Below, piece after piece: positions 26,379 through 34,399 of a stretch of DNA of 64,000 nt (its first letter is position 1; each line of letters opens with the position of its first letter). Both the position numbers and the translations under genes were made by a program. Below the pieces are notes generated by a model. That model made no database searches. It saw nothing but the letters and a program-made list of their open reading frames with translations, and was not told the DNA's origin. This DNA comes from a virus. The stretch lies in the IMG/VR virus record IMGVR_UViG_3300045988_135688. One strand, written 5' to 3'.

Positions 26379-26403
26379 GGGGGAAAGCGTTCCCCCGATT
26401 TTA
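26379..26403 (+). terminator. intrinsic terminator GGGGGAA-AGCG-TTCCCCC followed by GATTTTATT
   Basis: 7-bp perfect G/C-rich stem, 4-nt loop and a T-rich tail. Confidence 0.6.
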
Positions 26404-26425
26404 TTAACCATTAAAACAAAAGACC

Positions 26426-26629
26426 ATGATTCTACTAGAAATTTTTCAAAACTGCTTTATTGTGGGGTATGACGGAAATAAAATACCCTTCGTAAAAGAT
26501 GATTTCCTGTTTAGTGATATCGGGCAAAGATACATTTTGACCAACAAGGAAAACAGTGAACAGGTTAGTCTACCGAAGGAATCGACAATAATAATTAAAC
26601 ATAATATTTGCCATGAAGGTATTGATTAG
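26426..26629 (+). CDS. hypothetical protein (67 aa)
   Basis: ORF track. Confidence 0.5.
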   Translation: MILLEIFQNCFIVGYDGNKIPFVKDDFLFSDIGQRYILTNKENSEQVSLPKESTIIIKHNICHEGID

Positions 26630-27113
26630 AAAGGATTCAAGCGACATAAGAAACAGACTTGAACGATTAGGGTACACCGCTTCCGAGAAATCGTTGGATG
26701 GATTTGGTGATGGCATCTTTGTAGACAAGTCAGATAATACTTTTCACGTAAAATCAGAGTGGGAAGTTATCCGTATGTTTCTTGAAACAGTAGATTGCGG
26801 AGATGATGAGAATATGTTTTTTGATTTTGTAGAAAACGACATAACGTCAATAATGCCAATGATGCTAGGTAAGTATAAATCTTTAATAAAAATTTGTGAC
26901 TTTCCCATCATTAATACATCTAGCATTAAAGATGTGTTATACCGTGAAGATAGAGAACATAACATCATAGAAGTTATTGTTGTTTCAGTGTATGGGGTAA
27001 AGTTGAAAAACATAAAGGATGTAGACTTTTCAGACCCTAATGCGGATACAATAATAGAGTATATGAAATCGTTGCATAAACAACTAAAAGAATATATAAA
27101 GCATGAAATGTAA
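26613..27113 (+). CDS. hypothetical protein (166 aa)
   Basis: ORF track; N-terminus related to 21294..21680. Confidence 0.55.
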   Translation: MKVLIRKDSSDIRNRLERLGYTASEKSLDGFGDGIFVDKSDNTFHVKSEWEVIRMFLETVDCGDDENMFFDFVENDITSIMPMMLGKYKSLIKICDFPIINTSSIKDVLYREDREHNIIEVIVVSVYGVKLKNIKDVDFSDPNADTIIEYMKSLHKQLKEYIKHEM

Positions 27114-27384
27114 TTTTACCCCCATGGACAAATTCTACCAGATACTGGATTACTACGGTTTGTCTTACACGGAGATTAAGAAAAATCATATCCGTGTGTT
27201 TTATGAAAACAAGAAAATGTTTGATTATTATCCGCTTCGTATGAAGCTGTTTGATTACCATGAATGGCATCAGCTTACTTATCCGTTCGTGAAGGGCAAG
27301 GAAGATGAATGGGAAATAGAACTTACCATGTTCATTAGCGGAGTGTTGGGAGATGAGATGTTTAAAAAGTTTAAAAACGATTGA
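27103..27384 (+). CDS. hypothetical protein (93 aa)
   Basis: ORF track. Confidence 0.5.
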   Translation: MKCNFTPMDKFYQILDYYGLSYTEIKKNHIRVFYENKKMFDYYPLRMKLFDYHEWHQLTYPFVKGKEDEWEIELTMFISGVLGDEMFKKFKND

Positions 27385-27408
27385 TAAACTAAACAATTTC
27401 GGATTGCT

Positions 27409-27627
27409 ATGATAATAAAAGTAGACATACCTGAACCGTTCATAGACGGTGACAATACGATGGTAAACATCACGTCTGATTCATTCTGTTATTCTAGCAT
27501 TGATTCACGTTATGAAGGATTTCAGAGTTCCTACAAGGACGGGAATATGAATCAGAAGATACAAGGAAAACTAGAAATAATTGCGGACCAGTTTAAAGAA
27601 CTTATAAAGATAATTAAAGATAATTGA
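27409..27627 (+). CDS. hypothetical protein (72 aa)
   Basis: ORF track. Confidence 0.5.
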   Translation: MIIKVDIPEPFIDGDNTMVNITSDSFCYSSIDSRYEGFQSSYKDGNMNQKIQGKLEIIADQFKELIKIIKDN

Positions 27628-28127
27628 AGATGGAAAGACATTTGTTAATACAGGAGTGTGAGAGAGAGGAAAAGATGAAAGAGTTACGCAAGCAGCAGAA
27701 CGATCTTATCAAGAAAGGCCGTATGGTTGAGTGCTCTCGTGTAACAGCTAAGATAAAGGAGTTCCAGGAAGCATATATCAAGGCTTATCCTGACGGTAAA
27801 TATGTAAGGGGCATGGATATTATCAAGAAGATGTCTGATGATGAGAAAATGGATTGGATGATGTATGTCAACGCCATTGCTTTCTGTGCTGATATTATCC
27901 ACTCATCTTCCATTGAGTTGAATGAAATGCTAAAGAAAACACTCCCCGGATCTAGCCTTCAAATGTTTGAAACGCTTGAAAAGGTAGGTACTATGGCAAA
28001 GAATCAAATACTATGGATGGATAACAATGTTGACGAGAAATACCAGGATGATTTTGCAAGATATGCCGATGAAATATCCGTGATGCTTTTATCATTTGTT
28101 AAAAATAAATTTTTGCCCAGGAAATGA
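27624..28127 (+). CDS. hypothetical protein (167 aa)
   Basis: ORF track; overlapping stops and starts. Confidence 0.55.
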   Translation: MKMERHLLIQECEREEKMKELRKQQNDLIKKGRMVECSRVTAKIKEFQEAYIKAYPDGKYVRGMDIIKKMSDDEKMDWMMYVNAIAFCADIIHSSSIELNEMLKKTLPGSSLQMFETLEKVGTMAKNQILWMDNNVDEKYQDDFARYADEISVMLLSFVKNKFLPRK

Positions 28128-28324
28128 CACGAGAAGAGATACATAAGAATGTGCTGGAAATAAGAAATTATTATTTCAGTATTCAGAATAAGATTGATAA
28201 CGGATGTAATGTTTCAGAATTGGATATAAATTCTAAAACGCATAACCAGATGATTGACGATACAATAAAATCAGCCCTTGAAGATCATAAAATGATTCTT
28301 GCTTTGGAAAAATACAAGTTATGA
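28124..28324 (+). CDS. hypothetical protein (66 aa)
   Basis: ORF track. Confidence 0.5.
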   Translation: MTREEIHKNVLEIRNYYFSIQNKIDNGCNVSELDINSKTHNQMIDDTIKSALEDHKMILALEKYKL

Positions 28325-28773
28325 AAAAGAAAGATATAGACGAAGGATATATTGTAGGTGACTTTTATATTATTAAAAGCCCTATCAAAGAGGGATGGCT
28401 TCACATAGTGAATATAAAAACATCTTGGCAGATAAAGGTGATGATGGGAGCGAATACGGCAAAGTTTCTAAGCCTTCCCCAACAGGAGATATTTGACAGG
28501 ATTAACGGAATATACATTCAATCCATGATGTCTTTATACGATTCAGATTATGCCTTGAAAATAGCTAAAGATGCTGTGTCTTATATGTCTGAAAAGGCAG
28601 GAAAGATGGAAAAGTTGGAAAAGGTGGGGAATACTGAAAATGAAGATATTGAAAAGGTGAAGAAAGATGAGTTTATGATGAAGATAGCCACATCTTCCGA
28701 TGAAGAAATTATGGACATGATCATAAATGGGGAAATAAAGTACGAATATTTCAAGCAAGAACAGGAGGATTAA
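28321..28773 (+). CDS. hypothetical protein (150 aa)
   Basis: ORF track. Confidence 0.55.
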   Translation: MKKKDIDEGYIVGDFYIIKSPIKEGWLHIVNIKTSWQIKVMMGANTAKFLSLPQQEIFDRINGIYIQSMMSLYDSDYALKIAKDAVSYMSEKAGKMEKLEKVGNTENEDIEKVKKDEFMMKIATSSDEEIMDMIINGEIKYEYFKQEQED

Positions 28774-28776
28774 ATC

Positions 28777-28875
28777 ATGCAAGACTATATTTCAGACTGG
28801 TTCATCCCGATGGATTTTGGTAATGATATGCCTGACGAAGAGCCAAGTGGTGAGGATAATTTCAATTTTGATTAA
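28777..28875 (+). CDS. small acidic peptide (32 aa), not in ORF track
   Basis: SD CAGGAGG then ATG. Sequence MQDYISDWFIPMDFGNDMPDEEPSGEDNFNFD. Confidence 0.35.
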   Translation: MQDYISDWFIPMDFGNDMPDEEPSGEDNFNFD

Positions 28876-28899
28876 ATTAATTTGTTAATAATAATAGAC

Positions 28900-29448
28900 A
28901 TGAAAACATTTTTTGAGTGTAAAATTCGCTACGAAAAAGTAGCAGAAAATGGGATGAGTAAGAAAGTAAGTGAGCAATACCTGGTTGATGCGCTTAGCTT
29001 TACTGAGGCGGAAGCACGTATTATATCGGAAATGACACCGTTTATCAGTGGCGAGTTCACTGTTTCGGACATTAAACGCTCCAACTACAGCGAACTGTTT
29101 CCCTCTGAGGAAGATGCAGCCGATCGCTGGTTTAAATGCAAGCTGTATTACATCACGCTGGACGAAAAGAGCGGAGCGGAAAAAAAGACATCATGCTATA
29201 TGCTTGTTCAGGCAGCCGATTTGAGAGATGCTGTAAAGAAACTGGACGAAGGAATGAAAGGTACAATGGCAGACTATGTGATTTCATCCATAGCCGAAAC
29301 CGCCATTATGGATGTATATCCGTATGAAGTGGAAAATGATTCCTGTTTATCGGAATACCCAAGTGGACACAAGACGGAAGCTGTCATAGGCGGAAAGAGC
29401 GTCATTGTAGACAAAACGGGAAATTCAACTGTAGTTTTACCTAGCTAA
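28900..29448 (+). CDS. DUF4494-like protein (tentative)
   Basis: MKTFFECKIRYEKVAENGMSKKVSEQYLVDALSFTEAEARII resembles a Bacteroidota/phage family that I recall as DUF4494. Confidence 0.45.
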   Translation: MKTFFECKIRYEKVAENGMSKKVSEQYLVDALSFTEAEARIISEMTPFISGEFTVSDIKRSNYSELFPSEEDAADRWFKCKLYYITLDEKSGAEKKTSCYMLVQAADLRDAVKKLDEGMKGTMADYVISSIAETAIMDVYPYEVENDSCLSEYPSGHKTEAVIGGKSVIVDKTGNSTVVLPS

Positions 29449-29532
29449 ATTTAATATGGTATTTATAGTCAATTAAACACCATTTAACAAAATTAGTTAT
29501 GTTGTAATTTGATTTATAGTTATATTTGCAAT

Positions 29533-29679
29533 ATGAAACGAGCATATAAATATAGACTTAATCCTATGCCTAAGCAGATTGTTTTCTTCAACAAATCTTT
29601 CGGGTGTTGTAGGTTTGTATATAACTATGGCATTAGAACGAATTTACACTATTATATAGAAGTACATAATACTGGCTAA
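29533..29679 (+). pseudogene. orphan TnpB N-terminal fragment (48 codons then TAA)
   Basis: MKRAYKYRLNPMPKQIVFFNKSFGCCRFVYNYGIR is the canonical TnpB N-terminal motif. A different frame begins 2 nt after its stop. TATATTTG box at 29521-29528. Confidence 0.5.
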
Positions 29680-29680
29680 T

Positions 29681-30895
29681 ATGCAATTAGTTTATAAATT
29701 TGACATCAACCATTCCGACAGGCTTTGCGCTATCTGCCGTGTTACGAACAACCTGTACAACCAGGCGTTGTATATTGTCCGTAACGAGTTGAAGGATAAC
29801 GACAGGTGGCTGTTCTATCCCGACTTGGACAGGATAATGAAAAATGTCACCAACCTTGAAGGTACGATAAATTACAGGCTTGTGAAATCACACGTAGCCC
29901 AACAGACATTGCGCGTGCTTGACAAGGCAATGAAGGGATATGTCAAGGCTGTAAAGGATTGGTCTAAGAATCCGGGGAAGTATAACGGTAAGCCCGAACT
30001 GCCATGCTATCACAAACGTGGAGGGATGAGCAATGCGATATATACCAACCAGTCGTGCAAGATACATGACGGGTATATAATCCTTGACCGTGACTTGAAA
30101 ATACCCGTTCCTCAATGGGAGAAATACAAGGACAGAATCGAACGGTTCAAACAGGTTAGGATAATTCCAAAGCGTACATACATGACCGTGGAGGTTGTAT
30201 ATGATTGTGACTGTTCGGATAATGTCGGTACTGGTATGGCTTCGATAGACTTGGGTGTGAACAACCTTGCCACGCTGGTGTGCGGATGTAATGCGCTATT
30301 GTTTTCCGGCAAGGTTATCAAGTCATATAACAGATGGTTTAACAAAAAATTATCCATGCTGCAATCCATAAAGGACAGGCAGGGTATAGAGAAACTGACA
30401 AACAGAATGAGAAAGATGTATGATAAACGTGAACGGTTTATGAATGATGCGATGCACAAGACAAGCAGGCGTATCGTTGATTATCTTGTATCACACCATA
30501 TAGGCACTCTTGCTGTAGGCTACAACAAAGGATGGAAGCAATCCGTCAATATGGGCGGAGTAAACAATCAGAAGTTTACATTCATCCCTTTTGCGAGGTT
30601 GAGAAGCTGCCTTAGATACAAGTGCGAGCTTGCAGGTATCAGCTATATCGAACATGAGGAAAGCTACACGAGCAAATGTGACGCTCTGTCTATGGAGGAT
30701 ATATGCAAGCATGAGAGTTATCTCGGCAAGCGTGTCAAGCGAGGACTGTTCAAGTCGGCAGTTGGAAAGGTTATCAATGCTGATGTCAACGGTGCGCTTA
30801 ATATCGGTAGAAAAGTATTCGGTGATTCATTTATGATAACTGATAGTGGGCGTTGGTATCGCCCCGAACGAATTAACGTTTTAAAATGTGTGTAA
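29681..30895 (+). CDS. tnpB: TnpB RNA-guided endonuclease (IS605 OrfB family)
   Basis: RuvC triad candidates SIDLGVNN (D), IEHEESYTSKC (E), INADVNGALNIGRK (D). N-terminus YKFDINHSDRL..LYNQALYIV. Confidence 0.85.
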   Translation: MQLVYKFDINHSDRLCAICRVTNNLYNQALYIVRNELKDNDRWLFYPDLDRIMKNVTNLEGTINYRLVKSHVAQQTLRVLDKAMKGYVKAVKDWSKNPGKYNGKPELPCYHKRGGMSNAIYTNQSCKIHDGYIILDRDLKIPVPQWEKYKDRIERFKQVRIIPKRTYMTVEVVYDCDCSDNVGTGMASIDLGVNNLATLVCGCNALLFSGKVIKSYNRWFNKKLSMLQSIKDRQGIEKLTNRMRKMYDKRERFMNDAMHKTSRRIVDYLVSHHIGTLAVGYNKGWKQSVNMGGVNNQKFTFIPFARLRSCLRYKCELAGISYIEHEESYTSKCDALSMEDICKHESYLGKRVKRGLFKSAVGKVINADVNGALNIGRKVFGDSFMITDSGRWYRPERINVLKCV

Positions 30896-30912
30896 AAATT
30901 AACATTAATGCC

Positions 30913-31440
30913 ATGTCAAACGAACAACAAAACAAAGTTCTCCATCATTGGAGAACTGGAAGTCAATCTGATTATGTGGGAGTAGAAATACTCCCTAACG
31001 GTCAGTCCATTATTGCTACAATATCCCATATCGTATGGGATGAGAATGCAAAGGTACAAGGTAGTAAGAAACCATCATGGATTGCTTACTTTAAAGAAAC
31101 AAACCTTGTTCCTAAACCTATGCTATTGAACAGTACGAACCGCAAACGTCTTACTAAGCTGGCTCAAACTGATTATCCTGAAACCATCCGTGATTTTCGT
31201 GTCATATTATGCAAGGAACTGACACGTGACCCAAGCGATGGAGGAAAGGTCTACGGATTGCGTATAGGGCGTGATGTTCCGCCACCACCACAGAAAGAGA
31301 AGATGACAGTGAACTCTGATAAATTCAATGCTGCATTGGAAGCATTGAAAAGTGGGAAATGCGACATTGGATACATCACGGCAAGCTATGATGTGGACGC
31401 TGAAGCTATGAAATTGTTTAACGAATCAGTTAAAAAATAA
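30913..31440 (+). CDS. hypothetical protein; positioned as possible partner of the YqaJ exonuclease
   Basis: Start moved to MSNEQQ. The stop abuts the start of the exonuclease gene. No annealase motif recognised. Confidence 0.5.
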   Translation: MSNEQQNKVLHHWRTGSQSDYVGVEILPNGQSIIATISHIVWDENAKVQGSKKPSWIAYFKETNLVPKPMLLNSTNRKRLTKLAQTDYPETIRDFRVILCKELTRDPSDGGKVYGLRIGRDVPPPPQKEKMTVNSDKFNAALEALKSGKCDIGYITASYDVDAEAMKLFNESVKK

Positions 31441-32240
31441 TGGAAGCGGAAGAAAAAGAAAAATTATGGCTTATGAAGAGGTGTGGTAAAATCACCTCTT
31501 CCGCCATTGGAAAACTTATGGTTTCCGGGAGAAGGGAAATGACACCTTCCGAACTAGATATTGCAAAAAAACAGGGTGTAAAGAGAAAGACAGTTGATGT
31601 TCCTTTTGGGGATACAGCTATTTCTTATCTTTATCAGGTTGCAAGGGAAAGAAGGTTAAACAAACCATGCCGACATATATCCACTTATGACATGGAGTGG
31701 GGGAAGGATCATGAAAAAGACGCTATCGAGTGTTTTAACCATAACACGTTCTCCAGACTAATGTCCTGTGCGGATGATTTTGACGAAATTGTTTTTGTCG
31801 ATAATATCTATGATGGATATGGCGATTCTCCCGATGGGTATGGATTTGATGTCAATGGTAAATTATCTTATATAGCCGAAGTGAAATGCTTTACTTCTGA
31901 AAGTAAGATTGAATATTTGAGAGAAGCAACAAAAGAACAGGCTATAGAGGAATACTATTGGCAGCTAATGTCGCATTTTCTTTCCCATCCCGATGTAGAT
32001 AAAATGTATTATATCGTATATGACGGTAAATCTGATGATGATCCATTTGATTTACGCCCGGTTAATGACCCGTCAAGGCTTTTGTATTGGGAACTTGACA
32101 GAAGCGATTATAAAGATGATATAGACAGGATGGAGGATAAGTTACAAATGGCTCTATCTTATATTTCATTCAACGAACGTGATGCGAAAAAATACCCAAT
32201 AAGTAAAATTAATGACTTCGTTGGTGTTTCAAATACGTAA
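31440..32240 (+). CDS. YqaJ/lambda-Exo-like PD-(D/E)XK recombination exonuclease
   Basis: KRCGKITSSAIGKLM N-terminal motif; SPDGYG...YIAEVKC (D...E-x-K). Confidence 0.7.
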   Translation: MEAEEKEKLWLMKRCGKITSSAIGKLMVSGRREMTPSELDIAKKQGVKRKTVDVPFGDTAISYLYQVARERRLNKPCRHISTYDMEWGKDHEKDAIECFNHNTFSRLMSCADDFDEIVFVDNIYDGYGDSPDGYGFDVNGKLSYIAEVKCFTSESKIEYLREATKEQAIEEYYWQLMSHFLSHPDVDKMYYIVYDGKSDDDPFDLRPVNDPSRLLYWELDRSDYKDDIDRMEDKLQMALSYISFNERDAKKYPISKINDFVGVSNT

Positions 32241-32395
32241 CGGGTAATTGCGGAGTTACCACAAAAAGTTAATAATATGTCAACAAATATAACATTATCT
32301 AAAGAAAGTAGTGAAAACGAAATTAAGGCGTATTTCAATGAAATATTAGGCATTAAGGACCAAATAGGCAGTATTATATAGTATTACATTATATT

Positions 32396-33307
32396 ATGGA
32401 ACAGAAAATAAAGGCTTATAAAGCATTTGATAAGGATTTATCTTGTAGAGGGTTTAAGTATGAGGTAGGTAAGGAATATGAAGAAACAGGCGACATAAAG
32501 GTATGCGAGAAAGGTTTTCATGCATGTCCTTATCCTCTGGATGTTTTTGGTTACTATGCGCCGGCCGGGTCAAGATTTTGTGAGGTTGAGCAGAGTGGTA
32601 AAATAAACGATTCAAAAAGTGACAAGGTTTGTTCTTCAAAAATTAGAATAGGTGCTGAGCTTGATATAAGGGGGCTTGTGAAAGCAGCTGTATCTTATGT
32701 CAAGGAACGGTGTACTAACGAGTGTAATGCGGAACCGGGAAAACCTGCTACGGCTGGTGATAGTGGTGCTGCTACGGCTGGTGATAGTGGTGCTGCTACG
32801 GCTGGTGATAGAGGTGCTGCTACGGCTGGTAATTATGGTGCTGCCACGGCTGGTTATAGAGGTGCTGCTACGGCTGGTGATAGTGGTGCTGCCACGGCTG
32901 GTGATTATGGTGCTGCCACGGCCGGTAATAGTGGTGCTGCCACGGCTGGTGATAGTGGTGCTGCCACGGCTGGTTATAGAGGTGCTGCTACGGCTGGTGA
33001 TAATGGTGCTGCCACGGCTGGTAATAGAGGTGCTGCCACGGCTGGTGATAGTGGTGCTGCTACGGCTGGTAATTATGGTGCTGCCACGGCAAGAGGAAAG
33101 GCTTCAACAGGATCTAATGGTTTGTCAGTAGCAAGAGGAAAAAATGTTCAGGTAAAAGGCGGAATAGGTGCAATTTTGGTCATAGCTGAGGAAAGGGATG
33201 ATACGTATGATATTGTTGATTGGAAGGCTGTAGTAGTTGATGGTGAGGTTGTCAAGGCTGATACATGGTATAGACTGGAAAACGGTGAGTTAGTGGAAGT
33301 TGATTAA
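32396..33307 (+). CDS. octapeptide-repeat (ATAG-x-x-GA x14) protein with globular N- and C-terminal domains
   Basis: ORF track with a direct 24-bp tandem array. N-terminus KAYKAFDKDLSCRGFKYEVGKEYEE..GFHACPYPLDVF. Confidence 0.7.
   Translation: MEQKIKAYKAFDKDLSCRGFKYEVGKEYEETGDIKVCEKGFHACPYPLDVFGYYAPAGSRFCEVEQSGKINDSKSDKVCSSKIRIGAELDIRGLVKAAVSYVKERCTNECNAEPGKPATAGDSGAATAGDSGAATAGDRGAATAGNYGAATAGYRGAATAGDSGAATAGDYGAATAGNSGAATAGDSGAATAGYRGAATAGDNGAATAGNRGAATAGDSGAATAGNYGAATARGKASTGSNGLSVARGKNVQVKGGIGAILVIAEERDDTYDIVDWKAVVVDGEVVKADTWYRLENGELVEVD
32747..33091 (+). repeat. 24-bp tandem repeat, 14 full units plus a partial one (consensus GCTACGGCTGGTGATAGTGGTGCT)
   Basis: Counted directly: 32747 + 14 x 24 = 33083. 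Confidence 0.95.
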
Positions 33308-33392
33308 TTTACAAGTGCCACCAAATATTATGGTAATTTGTCTAGAACAAAATGTCTGTAAAAATGTATATTAATACCTTGTCTAAGTTGTT

Positions 33393-33698
33393 ATGACTAC
33401 ACTAATCAAGCACAACAAACCTAATCGTGGGGATGAAATAATCATCCCCTATCTTGCCATAGAAAACAATATCAACTTTATCATGCTCAATGGAGGTGTA
33501 GGTGACGTTGAACTTATGGACGGAACGAAATGTAAGTCAATAAGCTGCACTCCTATCAAATTTGATGATGTAGGAGATGATATATATCGTATATATGGTA
33601 TAGGAAAAGAAGCATGGAAAATGGCATGGCTGAAAAGAGTACATGCCATGAGTGATGAAATTGTAAAACTAAAGTTAGATTTCAATGCCAGCAATTAG
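33393..33698 (+). CDS. hypothetical protein (101 aa)
   Basis: ORF track. Confidence 0.5.
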   Translation: MTTLIKHNKPNRGDEIIIPYLAIENNINFIMLNGGVGDVELMDGTKCKSISCTPIKFDDVGDDIYRIYGIGKEAWKMAWLKRVHAMSDEIVKLKLDFNASN

Positions 33699-34068
33699 CG
33701 AATTATGGATAGATTATCCAATATCTTACCGTGACGAAAAAGGAAGGTTCGTAAAAGGCCATAATTATGGATTCAAGAAAGGAAGGGAAGTATCGGATGA
33801 GGAACGTGAAAAGAAAAGAGTTCTTATGAAGGAACTCATTAAAAAACGAAAGGAAAACGGTTCTTATCTCGGTCATAGAAACAATACAAGGGCTGTCATT
33901 GCGATAGAGGATGGCACGAACAGATTCCTATGCTTTGAAGCCTGTTGTGACTGTGAGAGGAAATTAGGTATGCCACAACGCTCATGCAGTTCTTTCTGTA
34001 AGGGGAAAAACGGGCATAGATGGAGAAACTTTAAATTGTTTTACGAAGATGAATACGGATTACGTTGA
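33685..34068 (+). CDS. NUMOD3-like DNA-binding protein (homing-endonuclease DNA-binding module without visible catalytic domain)
   Basis: GRFVKGHNYGFKKGREVSDEEREKKR resembles NUMOD3 repeats. Cys-rich C-terminus. Confidence 0.4.
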   Translation: MPAISELWIDYPISYRDEKGRFVKGHNYGFKKGREVSDEEREKKRVLMKELIKKRKENGSYLGHRNNTRAVIAIEDGTNRFLCFEACCDCERKLGMPQRSCSSFCKGKNGHRWRNFKLFYEDEYGLR

Positions 34069-34399
34069 CGAATTTGAAAACTACGACAGGAAGCTGATCA
34101 AACTAAATAGCGACACTGCCATTTTGCTTCACATATTCAAGAAAAAGCCAAACCACCACTTCGAGGATTGGATGGTTCTTCAAGACAATGAGGAATACTT
34201 CAAAAAGGAATGTGTTCCTGATTACGAAGATGCCGCAAGGCAGTTTGTCAAGCAGTTTGAAGGAGAAGAGTGCATGGCTTTTGTGATTGCATTGAAAAAC
34301 GAACTTGAAAGAATAATACAAGAAAATGAGTACAAACGAAATCAGGCTAAGGGATTACCAAGAGGTGGGGATAACCCGTCTGAGAAATGCCCTGACTAA
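34049..34399 (+). CDS. hypothetical protein (116 aa)
   Basis: ORF track; overlaps the helicase start by 74 nt, so either start may differ. Confidence 0.4.
   Translation: MNTDYVDEFENYDRKLIKLNSDTAILLHIFKKKPNHHFEDWMVLQDNEEYFKKECVPDYEDAARQFVKQFEGEECMAFVIALKNELERIIQENEYKRNQAKGLPRGGDNPSEKCPD

Larger units (their letters stand above)
29455..30912 (+). mobile_element. TnpB-only IS200/IS605-type (OMEGA) element; ends approximate
   Basis: tnpB without tnpA fills the gap between the stop at 29448 and the next ATG at 30913. Confidence 0.45.

Noticed and set aside
32747-33091. Whether the 24-bp repeat array is a CRISPR array, or a second DGR variable region
   Set aside because: It is not a CRISPR array: the units are contiguous with no spacers and lie in-frame inside a CDS. 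It is not DGR-like: there is no similarity to the TR at 52868-52977, and differences between units are not confined to adenine-templated positions (codon 6 varies at all three bases).
32697-33131. 144-aa plus-strand ORF (LLRLVIVVLLRLVIVV...) overlapping the octapeptide-repeat gene
   Set aside because: It is an alternative reading frame of the 24-bp tandem repeat. Its periodic Leu/Val/Arg sequence is a by-product of the repeat, and the 303-aa frame has proper flanking domains.
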